Assembly: GCA_048013815.1 (NCBI GenBank)
Contig: CM106585.1
Span: forward strand, 13,454,001-13,518,000
DNA from: Setoptus koraiensis
Lineage: Eukaryota; Animalia; Arthropoda
Direction: 5' to 3'
Length of the DNA: 64,000 bases
The position numbers and the translations under genes were made by a program. The notes beneath the pieces are model-generated. The model saw only the letters and a list, made by a program, of their open reading frames with translations. It was not told the DNA's origin and ran no database searches. Below are positions 45,573-57,101 of the stretch, piece after piece (within the stretch, counting starts at the first letter, position 1; the number at the start of each line of letters is the position of its first letter).

Positions 45573-46554
45573 GATGTCCTAGGCTATAGTCAGAATAGTT
45601 TGGCCGAATTAATTATGATAATCAATAACAACGATCGATAATAATAAAATAATTGTAATAATATATGTTCTATATTTATGTCTGAATTTATAGAGATAAT
45701 GTAGATATTAAAGGCATAATGTGGTCAAATGAAAACCTAGACTACACGACTGAGGCGAGGATGCTCTCAGCTGTGCGTTGGTTCAATACTGTGCGGCACA
45801 AATTTGTGTTTTTTGAATATGAAACACGATGTGCTCGAACAGATAGGCAATCACAATGAGGCTCAGGTATAGAATCGATGTATTGATTATGCCAGAACAG
45901 CACAGTATTTACTCATATCGTGTCTGTGATATTCTTGGTGCGTCTGCAAATAGTTACACCGAGTTTTGTTAGAGACGATTGGTAGAGGGAGATTATTTAT
46001 TACAAAAACCGGGCTTACTCGTTGTCGGAGCGACTTCTGCAGGAAAATTTTAGAACTGTGCACAATTTTGGTGTTTTGTGCCCTCTCTCGTGCATTTTTG
46101 TGCGTGCGTCATCAGAGGTACCATCTGACTGTTGTACTTTTGTCGTGGCGGTATAAGAGTTCTGAATATTGCCTACAGGAGTCGCTATAGCTGAATATGC
46201 CCGGTTTTTGCAACACAACAAATCCCCCTACGGATGGCCGACAACTAAACTCAGTGTAACTATTTGTTGGCGCGCACAAAATATAACAGAAACAGTTCAA
46301 AGAACAAGCTGTGCATTGCTTGTATAATCAGTGCATAAGCAGTCCGACTTGTGCCCGATGGTGATTAGTTGTCTGTTCAAGCACAACGCGTTTTACATGT
46401 AGAAAACACAAATTTGTGCAGCACATTATTGTGCCAATGCACCGTTGAATCCATCGTAGGCTTGTCAGTGCAATTGGTATGTTTTATTGAACAACCCAAT
46501 GTAAAACTCCTAAAAGATCTACGGTAAACCCAGTATCTCAACAATAGAGAGCAT

Positions 46555-46582
<28 letters not shown>
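46555..46582. repeat. (CA)n microsatellite
   Basis: 14 CA units. Confidence 0.95.
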
Positions 46583-46585
<3 letters not shown>

Positions 46586-47008
46586 TGTTCATGAATTGGT
46601 ACCGACGGGCGCACACACACACACACTCACGCTGTTCGCGGAGAGCCGCGGGAACTGTTTGTCTGTGTGTGCGTCAAGAAAAATCTCTGACGACTATAGG
46701 TTTGCTTGTCTGTTTGTGTGTGTCCTTGAATGCGCCTTTATTAATAGAACTACAATTTTCTTCAAATGCTGATTCTAAATGTGGTCGGTGTCACACACAC
46801 CGACGGTATGTAAGTGTGCTTGTGTATCTTTTTCTATATGATGATAAGAATTATGAAGGCTCAACTCACACACACACACTCACACACACACAAAGACACA
46901 CACAAGCACGCTCACACAAAAGCACTCACCCTGTAAATATGGGGGAAAATGGACGCATCATTATCATGATGAGAATGTACACATAGACATACAAGCTGTA
47001 GTAGGAAC

Positions 47009-47010
47009 TA

Positions 47011-47041
<31 letters not shown>

Positions 47042-47069
47042 TATTATTATTATCACTATTATTATTATT
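47009..47069. repeat. (TAT)n interrupted microsatellite
   Basis: A TAT run with a few interruptions, inside the candidate first intron of the BAZ2 gene. Confidence 0.9.
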
Positions 47070-47320
47070 GACATTATAACTTGTACCTCTTATACTGCTA
47101 CCACCACTACTACCGCTATTATTACTACATGGAATATAATATTATTATTAAATCAATATAATCAAAATATAACTTATTATCAGTATTGATACACCATATG
47201 TGACTATATTATCACTTATATAGAAAATTGGCTATTAAGTCTGTATCATTTTCAATCAATTCTTCAATCAATATATATTAAGACCCCAACACCAATCATA
47301 AAACACCGAACATTACCCCA

Positions 47321-50300
47321 ATGTTTCCAAATGCCCAAATACAGGCCTTGGCTCAGGCTGCGGCTCAAAATCCGGCTCTCCTGGGGCAGCTTACTCAATT
47401 ATTAGCCGGTCACAACATTCTAGCGCAGGCTGCACAACAGCAACACCAGCCACCACCACAACATCAGACGCTTCCGCAACATCAGCCGCACCAACATCCA
47501 CAACAACCCCAACAACAGCCGCCATTACAGCATCAGCCAGCGCCACCACAACAATCCTTACCTCAAAATCTATCTAAGAAACGAGGTAGACGACCAAAGA
47601 ATCTATTACCAGAATCATCTAATACTAACCATGGTAACATAAATACTGCGCTCAATCCCGATAATGCTATCGCCCAACGCCTGCAGATGCAATTCAGGAT
47701 GCAGCAACAACGCCAAAGGGAACAACAACAGGCGCAGCAACAGCAACAACAACAGCTTATGCAACAACAACTCCAACAAATGGTTATGCAACAAGCGCGT
47801 CAACAGCAACAACGCAACCAGTTGCCAACACCAAATACTGACCAGCAACAACAGAGGAGGAAACGCGGCCGTCCACCCCTTCTTTCGTCACCCAGACACC
47901 CTGCACCTGTTGACCTGCACGCATCAACATCATCCGGATTGAAAGGAAGCGAGTTCGAAAACTATCTTTCAATGTATGCCGCCCTGAACGGTGGCATGGG
48001 TGTCGGGGATCATGGTCGACCTGGAGGTTGGCCATTCAACGCTGGAACCAGCTCCCAACCTCAAGCATCTCAACCCATCGCCGGCCCATCATCCAGACAA
48101 CGTATGGATGATCGCGGAGACAGGCTCATGAACCGAGGCCCTGTGGACCAACGACAACTTTTAATCGAACGGAAGAACAAGGAAAGAGAGTTGAGAGCTC
48201 AGCAAGAGCGAGATCGTCAACGTGATCTCAGGTTGCAGCAGGAACGCGAACGTCAGCGCGAACTTAGGTTGCAACAAGAACGCGATCGCCAAAGAGAATT
48301 ACGCATCCAACAAGAACGAGAGCGAGAACGTCAACGCAAGATAAATCACAAAATTGCTTTAGCTGAACTAGATAGGGAGAGGAGAAGGCAACATATGATC
48401 ATGATAAAAAATCTAGATGCTTACAAGAGGAACGAAGAACGCGAAAAGACAGTTACTGCGATGATGGCTGAGCGAAAACTGCAGCTAGAACGTCGAACAC
48501 ACCAAAAAAGATTGGAGGTTGAACTTATAAAGGAAATAAGGAAACCAGTAGATGACATGATACTCACTAATCACCAATCACTTGCCACGTTGAATCGCAT
48601 ACCTGGACTGAAATTGCCTGGAAAAGCCTTTGCCGACCTACTCATGTCATTTGAATTTCTATATAATTTTGGTGATACAATCGGATTCGAGATGAAGAGC
48701 CTACCAGATATCAATACTTTACAAATAGGTCTACTGAATCTGGATAGCTATGCCGAGGACCAACTAATAAGTGTCATGTTTCACTTAGTATGGTTTGCCC
48801 TTAAAGATCCACGTTTTCCCTTTAATGGCTCACTTAAAGAGATTGAGAATCTAGCTTCCGACAACGAAGGTGTGACCCAGTTGATACACTTTTATCTCCA
48901 AGTTCTAACCTTGAATGCTAAAACTGAGATGGAACACGAACAACGTCTATTTAAATTAATCGAGCAGAAATACTTTCTTCAACTTAATGCTACACAGAAA
49001 GCGGAATTGTTGGCTTTCGTATGCAACGAGCTACTTTGTAGTCAAACCGTTATCAAACAGATGGAAGATACAATCGAAAACATAACAAATCTCAGAAAAA
49101 GTAAATGGGTTTTAGAGAATGACTTGCGGAGATGGCGCACAATCAAAACAAAGAGAGAAATCAAGGAGGAGGCAGAACTCAAAGCTAAAACCCTAGCATC
49201 TAACGCAAACACAACAGAGACATCCGATGTTGAACCAAAGACTGAACCGAATGCTGATAATGAAGTAGCATCGGCAGAAATCAAGACAGCAGAAGGTCAA
49301 AACGCGGATCTTAATGAACCAAATAGATCTAATTTATTGAATGGTACATCCAATCTTGATGAACAGATTCAAAAAGGTGATAGTGATAATGAAGCAGATG
49401 GACCAGCCCCTACCAAAGCCCCCCCTAGTAATGATGTGGAAGAAGAACCAGAGATCAGCAATGAGGAGTTGAATAAAAAAATAGATAAACTCAATCGCCA
49501 GTACAATCAAACAAGCAACAAACTTGACAAAGCCTTGAACTCCATGAGAGCTAATCCTTTAGGTCAAGACCGATATCGAAGGCGGTATTGGGTATTGCCT
49601 CAAGTTGGGGGAGTGTTCGTCGAAGGAATGGAATCAACAGAACCTGAAGAATTGGATAACAATGTGTTTACAGAAGAAGAACTGATTCAATATGAGAAAG
49701 AGCAGCAAGCTTTAAAAGAACTGACCAACGGTGCGATTGAAAGTGATAGCGAACAACAAAATTCATCTGACCCCAACAAGAAATCAGCCGTATTGCCTGC
49801 CATTAAACGTGAGACCAACAATAGTCGTCGAGCTGCGCTTGAAGCAGCTACAAATGACAAAGATTCAGATAACTTGGAAGATCCTTCCGAAGCTCTGAAT
49901 GGCGATCTAGATGAGAAGATGGATTTAGATCAAATCGATGATGCCCCCTCAGATAGAGTTAACCAAGAAGAAGGTGATCAAATTGATTTGAAAGATTCCA
50001 ATAATGATCCTGAGAAAGTGCATAGCATCGATAAGAAAGAAGGAGAAGAATCGCAGAATCTTGATGATGCAGAAAGGATCGATGATTTACAACAGAATGA
50101 AATATCTACAGAGGATGCACCATCTACTACCAAAGTTGAGAATGAACAATTGCCCTCCTCAGGTGTACCCCTTGAGGTCGGTGCACCTGCAATAAATATA
50201 CCCTGGTTCAGTATCTTACCTCGAGCATGTTGTGAAGAGTACGAGATGGCCAAAGAGGACGAGCCAGAGGTAGGGCCATCGGAGGAAGAGTCAGACACGG

Positions 50301-50935
50301 TCAAGAAAGTTGAAAGTGAAGACGTTGAAGCCATCGCTGATGCAGCGAGGGCGGAAATGAGCGCTGAAGAGCTGAAGGCCTTGCGACACGATATTTGTCC
50401 CACACTCGCCAAGCGATTAGAACAACTTGAATCTGAGCAATACGAAAGCCCACTTAAGATACATCCACAATTCCAGCGCGGTTGGTGGAGGATCACTGAT
50501 TGTCAACAATTAAAATCAGTATTATCAGTTATGCATGAACGTGGTTCGAGAGAAAGGATTCTGCAGAAGCATTTAGCCAAACATTTCCAATACGCGTGTG
50601 TATCATGTAAAAACACAACTGTTGATTTTGATATAACTGCACATGATAGACAATTGGCAGAAAAGAATTATGGTGCACCAATGCCGCATACTGATGAGGA
50701 TTGTGCTGAAGATCTCAATGATGAAATGGACGGTGAGCCAGCCGACGAAGAAGATGAAGACGAAGAGGCGGAAGAAAAGCAGGCTGCAATTCAACAGTCA
50801 GCAAACAGGCGGAGTAAACGCAAGAAGGGCTCCAGATCTGCAAGATCGCGCAGACTGAGAGCAAAAGCAGCCGCTAAGAAGAAGGTGGAGAATTCTAAGA
50901 AGGCCGCTGTGCTAAGTCAAAGAGCTCAAAGGTAA
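47321..50935 (+). CDS. BAZ2B: BAZ2A/BAZ2B (toutatis/TIP5)-family chromatin regulator, 1204-aa ORF with AT-hooks, coiled coil, DDT and WHIM1-3
   Basis: AT-hook-like KRGRRPK and RKRGRPP, DDT (PGKAFADLLMSFEFLYNFG), WHIM2 (LGQDRYRRRYWVLPQVGGVFVEGMES) and WHIM3 (GWWRITDCQQLKSVLSVMHERGSRERILQKHL). A possible extra 5' exon 46779-46809 (ATG, donor GTAAGT, phase 1 to acceptor 47282) and a possible short 3' exon after the donor at 50932 are unverified. Confidence 0.88.
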   Translation: MFPNAQIQALAQAAAQNPALLGQLTQLLAGHNILAQAAQQQHQPPPQHQTLPQHQPHQHPQQPQQQPPLQHQPAPPQQSLPQNLSKKRGRRPKNLLPESSNTNHGNINTALNPDNAIAQRLQMQFRMQQQRQREQQQAQQQQQQQLMQQQLQQMVMQQARQQQQRNQLPTPNTDQQQQRRKRGRPPLLSSPRHPAPVDLHASTSSGLKGSEFENYLSMYAALNGGMGVGDHGRPGGWPFNAGTSSQPQASQPIAGPSSRQRMDDRGDRLMNRGPVDQRQLLIERKNKERELRAQQERDRQRDLRLQQERERQRELRLQQERDRQRELRIQQERERERQRKINHKIALAELDRERRRQHMIMIKNLDAYKRNEEREKTVTAMMAERKLQLERRTHQKRLEVELIKEIRKPVDDMILTNHQSLATLNRIPGLKLPGKAFADLLMSFEFLYNFGDTIGFEMKSLPDINTLQIGLLNLDSYAEDQLISVMFHLVWFALKDPRFPFNGSLKEIENLASDNEGVTQLIHFYLQVLTLNAKTEMEHEQRLFKLIEQKYFLQLNATQKAELLAFVCNELLCSQTVIKQMEDTIENITNLRKSKWVLENDLRRWRTIKTKREIKEEAELKAKTLASNANTTETSDVEPKTEPNADNEVASAEIKTAEGQNADLNEPNRSNLLNGTSNLDEQIQKGDSDNEADGPAPTKAPPSNDVEEEPEISNEELNKKIDKLNRQYNQTSNKLDKALNSMRANPLGQDRYRRRYWVLPQVGGVFVEGMESTEPEELDNNVFTEEELIQYEKEQQALKELTNGAIESDSEQQNSSDPNKKSAVLPAIKRETNNSRRAALEAATNDKDSDNLEDPSEALNGDLDEKMDLDQIDDAPSDRVNQEEGDQIDLKDSNNDPEKVHSIDKKEGEESQNLDDAERIDDLQQNEISTEDAPSTTKVENEQLPSSGVPLEVGAPAINIPWFSILPRACCEEYEMAKEDEPEVGPSEEESDTVKKVESEDVEAIADAARAEMSAEELKALRHDICPTLAKRLEQLESEQYESPLKIHPQFQRGWWRITDCQQLKSVLSVMHERGSRERILQKHLAKHFQYACVSCKNTTVDFDITAHDRQLAEKNYGAPMPHTDEDCAEDLNDEMDGEPADEEDEDEEAEEKQAAIQQSANRRSKRKKGSRSARSRRLRAKAAAKKKVENSKKAAVLSQRAQR

Positions 50936-51245
50936 TCATCGATAACCCACGGGCCAACCATAAAATCACCGAGATTAAATATGAATTTTTTCCTTGACTC
51001 TTAGACATCGTACATATTGTGTATATTGCTTCTCTACAGTTATGAAAATGATAATTATTAAACCTAACCATTCTCTCAATTGTTTTAAGTTTTTATCTAC
51101 TCAAATAGCTGACAGAGATGAACCGTTCAAATTTTGTTCGTGATAATATTCTTCAGCGAGTCTCGTGTCGAAGTTTTTTATAATCTGACTCGGTTGGATT
51201 GTTCGGTGGGCTAATATCTGTGGATTCTTGACCACAAGTGATGGT

Positions 51246-54200
51246 TCAAATATGAGGGCACCAACCATGGTACATAAGGCTCAAGTTATAGTTGTCGGTG
51301 GCTTCTTTAATAACATTATCTACCTGTGCCTCAACTGAATAAGAATCTATCAAGCTGAGTGGCCTAAACTTGGACCTTGGATATCCCTTAAGTTTACGCT
51401 CCGTGTCTATGATCTTCTCTTTTGCTGTCAAGTTTTCCATCTCGAAACGTTTCTCTCCATGATGGTCAACATTTCGTGTCCAATCACTACATGGGTCATG
51501 TATAAATGGCTTAAGGGTGGTCAACAGAGCGTCTTTCTCTTTTCTCATGACTCTCAAGGTAATTTCACTGGCACTTCTGAAGTTACCTTCGTGACCAAGA
51601 GATCCAAAAGTAGACACCAAGTTATGAGTAAGTCGAAAAGGAACTCTTTCTGGAACCTGAAGACCTTCGCCTTGATGAAACAGTAAGTTGAAATCAACGT
51701 GGACAGTTCTACCGGTTTTAGTGTCCACAAGGATGTTATCTAGATGCCTATCGCCTAAGCCTATTATATAGCCCGCCATGCTGATAACCGCAGTGGTCCT
51801 GGTATAAGCTAGACGAGCCATGTACCAACTTGTTGGCTCGCAAAAGTTCCGAAGGAACCACATAGGCAAGCTAGCTGGTTTACATCTGGGTAGAACTTCT
51901 GTCACAAACATATGATATTTTTGATCGTTTGTGGGTTCTTTAGTTGATTTCTTGCCGTAGAGGTCGCCTAAGTTAAATTTTGGGTTTCGTTGTTTGTAAA
52001 TGGTGTCAATCAAACCTCTGAGAGGCATTATATTTGGTAGCCATTCTAATATACCGCTAACACTGGTTAAAGGTAAAACAAGAAAGGTTTGTATCTCGAA
52101 GAAGCGATTATGAGAGTGTCGATCTCTTCTCAATAACTTGTTGATTAGGTCAAAGAACTCCATACATCGGCTATCTTTTCTTAGATCATCAGTGGGTTTA
52201 CACAATAACGACCGATCCCTGCCATCCGAGCATAATAAAGAAAGTTTTCTTGGTCTCTGCATAGAGCTGAGCACATCCAGCTTGGGTTTAAACCTGACGA
52301 TAAATGTTTGATTGTGTGAGGGGTATGGTTCAAACACAGCATCGTCGTTGGTATTGTCATTATTATTGTCAAGAGGTATCACGGCTGTCAGAGAATTCTG
52401 TGTGGGGACCATAACGTGCAAGCTTTTGCTCAAGAATACTTTTTCAAATGTTGGTGCGAATTGATTGACTGGATAGACCCCTGGTTTGCTTGATCTCGGC
52501 AATTGATGAGCACACACTTCAATCAATAGTTTTGAAACTGTAAGAGTGTCTTCTATAACCTTTCTTTGTTTTACAGCTTTGACTTGCTTGAGTATGTTAG
52601 ACGCGGCCCTGGCTCTCTCTGGATTCTCTCTATCATTTTGAACTGCTATCAGACGCCACATAACTTGATGCGGATATTCTTGCAACAAATGAAATATTAT
52701 GATCGCAGTCCTTTTTGCCACTCCAGAGTGTGAATGACAAATGCGAGACAATATTAGCGACATGGCAGTCATGAAATAATATCTAGGTAACTTGTCTTCT
52801 AATTTTGTTATGAATCGATTACTCTCCTCAATTCTTGAACTAGTTGTGCGAACTGTCGGAGGGCTGGCGGACATTTTTGAGCCCAAATCGTACCAGATGT
52901 TCAGCAAGCGAGGCATAGACTCCCGGAGATATCTTACACCGAAGAGCAAAGAGTTTCCGAATGCGAAGATTGATTGGAGCATCAAATTAGTATACACATC
53001 TTCTTTATCACCGACCATCGACTGACTCAGCCTACCTACGTTGTCAAATTGATCTAGAGATCTTGAGTTTTGCTCGCAAATAAGATGAGGATTTTCAATG
53101 TAATATGTGAGTAAGCGGTCGTAATATCGCGCGAGTCGAAAGTATGTCTCTTCTTGATCTACAGCCAGATGTACCAACTCTTCGTACATATCAAACAGAG
53201 TGCCAGGCATAGCAGCAGCAGATTCTTCGCAATAATAGGTCAATAGAAGCTTCAATTTGGCAAGGGCCTCCCTGTCGGCCAAATCACAGCGCAAACAATC
53301 TGCACATTGAACTACTTCACCTAGTTCAGGATAAATTTGTCCTCCTGTAGTAATCCTTTGGATACGCCTTTGTTCGAGATGTTTGGTTAAATCATGATTG
53401 TGTATTCTATCCAATGCCAACTTTAGTCCCCGAATTGCCAAGGTTTTATCATTCCTATCCCAATGTAATTTAGCTTTTTCTAGCAGTAACTCTGATTTCT
53501 GCAACAATTCAAAACCTTTCAGTCTAGCTTCAGTGAAAAACCTCTGTGCTTGTGTGATACACAAATGAGCTCGTTCAAAGCTTCTACTTTCCCTAGATAA
53601 TCTGGCACTATGTATCCAAAGAGCCCCTATGTTCAAATTGATTTGTCTGCTGATAGTTTTGTAGCGTGTTTTCATCATATCAGCCAGTGATCGCTGCAAA
53701 GTTAGAATAGGCTCAAGGCTTTTCAAGCTAGGCTCAATTAAATGGTTGCGATCGAACCATTTGGAAAAGATGTTATCAACTGCTGCAGATTTGTTCGCAC
53801 CAGGTAAAGTCTGCATTCGTTCATCAAATTGTTGTTCGGGGGATATCATATCTAGACAAAATTCAAGGTCATTGATCATATGGAAACTCAACAGACTTTG
53901 GTAACCTCTGAAGTAGGCGCTTTTATCTATCATAGCTAAACTGAGAGGCCTCATTTGACGCTGTCTTACCAATGAAAGTAAATCTACCACTGGCGAGTTG
54001 TTCATTAGGGAATGTATGAGTGCTCCCAGGCCAACACCAATTGAATCTAGCATTGGCTCTATGTTTTCTTCCCTAATTTTTCTATCTAATTCATCCCATT
54101 TGTTCATCTTCCATGAAGATTCGATGCAGTAAGGCATTATATCCTGCTTGAGAATAGGATAAGTCTTTAGATAGTTGGTTGATATCTCACTCAGTCGCTC

Positions 54201-57101
54201 AAAATCGCCTTGAAGAGCTAAACATCGCAAGGCATCTTTTTGAAAATTATATTGATCTGTATCGGAGTTAGATTGGATAGCGATGGTGCAATTAATAAAA
54301 GCCCGATCATAATGCCCAGACGCCTCGTGTTCAGAGATGTCATCCAACACTGTAGGGGATGTACTTCTCTGCATAGCTATCCCACGAGCCTCATCGCTAT
54401 CGTCCAAAGCCACGTAGATACGTTGCATAGTTGTAGCATATTTGTCGTAACCTTTTTTCTTTCTTTCTTCATCAACTGACAAAATTATAAGAAATTGTTC
54501 GAAATAGCATAATGCCCTGGCATAAGATTTGCACCGATACGCTAACACTGCAAGTTTCTCCATGTTGACTCTGCTTAGAAATTTTGCTAGGGCCTTGGTT
54601 GGCGGCTCAATTATTCTTTCTTTGCTGCTCATTCGAAAAGCAAAAAGCTGATAAATGAAGTCCATGGCTGAGAATATCATATTTGCACACTGGAAATGAA
54701 GAGACTGCAAATTGGCATCACCTTCGGTGGTGGCGGTGCTTATGTCTTGAGTTGATAATCCTGTGTCCTCCTCAATTATCGCTGTAATCTCTTCAAGTGC
54801 GATGTTCATTTTGTTTGAGTCGTTAATTATTATATGTACTATAATATATGGCAAGAGAAATTGTGCAAATAAGTAGTTGTATTTGAATATATATGAGCAA
54901 GCGTTCAAAACTTCTCTCACTTTTCCATGGGAATCATCGAGAGAGTTTATAAGATCTAGTGTGAATTTATGTAACCAAACTTTGTAGGAATAGTTATGTT
55001 CTGATTTAAGTTTCTCAAAAGTTGTCCCATTTGGCTCACTGTGGTATTTCTTGGTGGCTCCGAAAGTGGTACTTTTGCACAGATCACATGCTCTTAGAGC
55101 GTCACTAGATAGTTCCAATCTGAATATCAATCTCGTGCTGTATATATTGAATATATTAACCAATACTTGCAACGCGTAACTTGCAGCTTCACTTTCGTCT
55201 TTTTTGTCTGAAAATAATGAATTCTTAAGTCTTTCAATCAATTCACGAATGAATATATCCTCTTCCAGATTCGATTGAATATATATGATGCTAGGTTGTC
55301 CGGGTGTTTCTCCGAATATTAAATGGTCCAGACGCATTGGATTAATAGCTCCTATAGTTCCTAGACATTCGGCAATCAAAGAAGATGTTTCTCTATCCTG
55401 ATATGAGGATAGGTTCATGAGTGTTTGGATGATTCGAGAGACCAATCTATCTATAGGTTCATCTCCATGTTTGAAGATGATTTTATGCAACAAATCTATA
55501 TTTTTTTTAACTATTTCTAACAATCTGACTAGAGCCAAAATGCGGCATCGCTGATTTTCAAGCCCTACCAATGGTATCACAGCGTCCACTAGATTTTCCA
55601 GTTCTACTTCCGATTGCAAGTGTACGTCCCTCTTTATGAACTGGTTGAGGTATGAGTATATTTCCAGCAGGCTTGGGACATTTGGGATGAAAAACAAAGA
55701 TTTCAGTCTACCTTCGAGTAGCTTTTCATTTTCTGGACGGAGCATGTGTCTGTAAATCTTGGAAACCTCTTCCGGACAGTCATCTATCAAATCATACAAT
55801 ACTACACATATCTGAATTACCAGAGAAGCAAGAACCTCACAAGGCATACTTCTTACGAAGTTGTACCAAATCTCGCAGATTGCTTGATTGAGTTGAGCCA
55901 AGTTTCTAGCCGGCCGCAACTCTATGAGAAGACTTAATGTTGACATTAGTTTGACGTGTATGACTTGTATTTCGGAGGGTTGAAATAGATTTATAATATA
56001 GGATAAGCTTCTTATTTGTGAGAGTGTTTCTTCATCGCCTAACTGATCTTTCACATAGGAAAAGTGGGAATCGATTCCCAAGAGTATTCCAATGAAAGAG
56101 TCTCGCAAATATTCAATTAGAAATCGCTCATCCTCTAATTCACCATCCATGGGACCGGATGACTCATCGAATCTAGTATCTAGGAACTGGATCGCATCTG
56201 TTACAGCCTTTTTTGAAGTGTCATCTTTGCAATAGTTAAGTAAGATTCTACTCTTGATACAAGTTATCTTATTTGCAAGCATGTTCTCCAGACTTGCTCC
56301 AGGAAAGTTAACTAGGAAATCAAGAACTTTTTTCACGTCTTCTATTTGTATCCTTCTGTCAGACAAGAGATTGATGAGTATTGACTGAATATGACTGTTG
56401 ATCAGAGTAACGGGTTTCATATCTTGAGAGGATGCTAGGCTTTCGATAATGATCCTAGCCTGTCTGATGTGTTCATTTCTACCAATGAATTCCGCCACTT
56501 GAGACATCAGATGGGAAATAACGTCTTGTGTGATGGAATCCTGATTGAATACCTCTAAGGCCACCAATGTACAAGCCAGAACATCTATGTCCCCCCTGTC
56601 TCCTTTAGTAATAAAATGTATTATAGCTTTTGTTATGCAGCTGATTATTGATCGGCAATTTACTTTGAAGAATTTCTCCAAACTCATCTGTTGATATTTG
56701 ATGAGATTGATCAACTCTAGTAGTGCAAAGTTGCTTGTCTCGTTGTTGGCAGTCAAAGCATGATAGAACAATATATCAAAGACCTCCATAAAAGTATCAT
56801 TGGTGGTGGGATATTTTGCTAAATCTGAGACCAATTGAAATGAGAATGACATAACTTTGAATCTAAGGATATTCTTATATGCGGCCAAATCTGTTGCAAG
56901 TTTCAGGGAACTTAGAAATCGATTCTCGTACTTGCTGTAGGTGGTTGCATAGTCGGGTTGCGAGGTCATGATACGCTGCAATCTAGTGAAAAGATTTTGT
57001 TCTAGATTTGCCCTCAGAAATCCTTCAAATATTCTCCTACCACCTGCTTGAACATTGGTCATCGAATGCGGAGATTCATCATAGTCCATCGGACACTCCA
57101 T
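51246..57101 (-). CDS. ATR: ATR/Mei-41 PIKK checkpoint kinase, intronless, 1951 aa
   Basis: FAT region, kinase motifs CKPTDDLRKDSRCMEF and GLGDRHLDNILVD...HVDFNLLF...VPERVPFRLTHN, and a terminal FATC (VEAQVDNVIKEATDNYNLSLMYHGWCPHI). HVDFN and PFRLTHN are ATR-type. Confidence 0.95.
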   Translation of the reverse strand: MECPMDYDESPHSMTNVQAGGRRIFEGFLRANLEQNLFTRLQRIMTSQPDYATTYSKYENRFLSSLKLATDLAAYKNILRFKVMSFSFQLVSDLAKYPTTNDTFMEVFDILFYHALTANNETSNFALLELINLIKYQQMSLEKFFKVNCRSIISCITKAIIHFITKGDRGDIDVLACTLVALEVFNQDSITQDVISHLMSQVAEFIGRNEHIRQARIIIESLASSQDMKPVTLINSHIQSILINLLSDRRIQIEDVKKVLDFLVNFPGASLENMLANKITCIKSRILLNYCKDDTSKKAVTDAIQFLDTRFDESSGPMDGELEDERFLIEYLRDSFIGILLGIDSHFSYVKDQLGDEETLSQIRSLSYIINLFQPSEIQVIHVKLMSTLSLLIELRPARNLAQLNQAICEIWYNFVRSMPCEVLASLVIQICVVLYDLIDDCPEEVSKIYRHMLRPENEKLLEGRLKSLFFIPNVPSLLEIYSYLNQFIKRDVHLQSEVELENLVDAVIPLVGLENQRCRILALVRLLEIVKKNIDLLHKIIFKHGDEPIDRLVSRIIQTLMNLSSYQDRETSSLIAECLGTIGAINPMRLDHLIFGETPGQPSIIYIQSNLEEDIFIRELIERLKNSLFSDKKDESEAASYALQVLVNIFNIYSTRLIFRLELSSDALRACDLCKSTTFGATKKYHSEPNGTTFEKLKSEHNYSYKVWLHKFTLDLINSLDDSHGKVREVLNACSYIFKYNYLFAQFLLPYIIVHIIINDSNKMNIALEEITAIIEEDTGLSTQDISTATTEGDANLQSLHFQCANMIFSAMDFIYQLFAFRMSSKERIIEPPTKALAKFLSRVNMEKLAVLAYRCKSYARALCYFEQFLIILSVDEERKKKGYDKYATTMQRIYVALDDSDEARGIAMQRSTSPTVLDDISEHEASGHYDRAFINCTIAIQSNSDTDQYNFQKDALRCLALQGDFERLSEISTNYLKTYPILKQDIMPYCIESSWKMNKWDELDRKIREENIEPMLDSIGVGLGALIHSLMNNSPVVDLLSLVRQRQMRPLSLAMIDKSAYFRGYQSLLSFHMINDLEFCLDMISPEQQFDERMQTLPGANKSAAVDNIFSKWFDRNHLIEPSLKSLEPILTLQRSLADMMKTRYKTISRQINLNIGALWIHSARLSRESRSFERAHLCITQAQRFFTEARLKGFELLQKSELLLEKAKLHWDRNDKTLAIRGLKLALDRIHNHDLTKHLEQRRIQRITTGGQIYPELGEVVQCADCLRCDLADREALAKLKLLLTYYCEESAAAMPGTLFDMYEELVHLAVDQEETYFRLARYYDRLLTYYIENPHLICEQNSRSLDQFDNVGRLSQSMVGDKEDVYTNLMLQSIFAFGNSLLFGVRYLRESMPRLLNIWYDLGSKMSASPPTVRTTSSRIEESNRFITKLEDKLPRYYFMTAMSLILSRICHSHSGVAKRTAIIIFHLLQEYPHQVMWRLIAVQNDRENPERARAASNILKQVKAVKQRKVIEDTLTVSKLLIEVCAHQLPRSSKPGVYPVNQFAPTFEKVFLSKSLHVMVPTQNSLTAVIPLDNNNDNTNDDAVFEPYPSHNQTFIVRFKPKLDVLSSMQRPRKLSLLCSDGRDRSLLCKPTDDLRKDSRCMEFFDLINKLLRRDRHSHNRFFEIQTFLVLPLTSVSGILEWLPNIMPLRGLIDTIYKQRNPKFNLGDLYGKKSTKEPTNDQKYHMFVTEVLPRCKPASLPMWFLRNFCEPTSWYMARLAYTRTTAVISMAGYIIGLGDRHLDNILVDTKTGRTVHVDFNLLFHQGEGLQVPERVPFRLTHNLVSTFGSLGHEGNFRSASEITLRVMRKEKDALLTTLKPFIHDPCSDWTRNVDHHGEKRFEMENLTAKEKIIDTERKLKGYPRSKFRPLSLIDSYSVEAQVDNVIKEATDNYNLSLMYHGWCPHI

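Noticed and set aside
51700-51800. Calling the PIKK SMG1 because of DRHLDN
   Set aside because: HVDFN, PFRLTHN, KPxDDLRKD, the position of the FATC directly after the kinase domain, and the overall layout are ATR-type.
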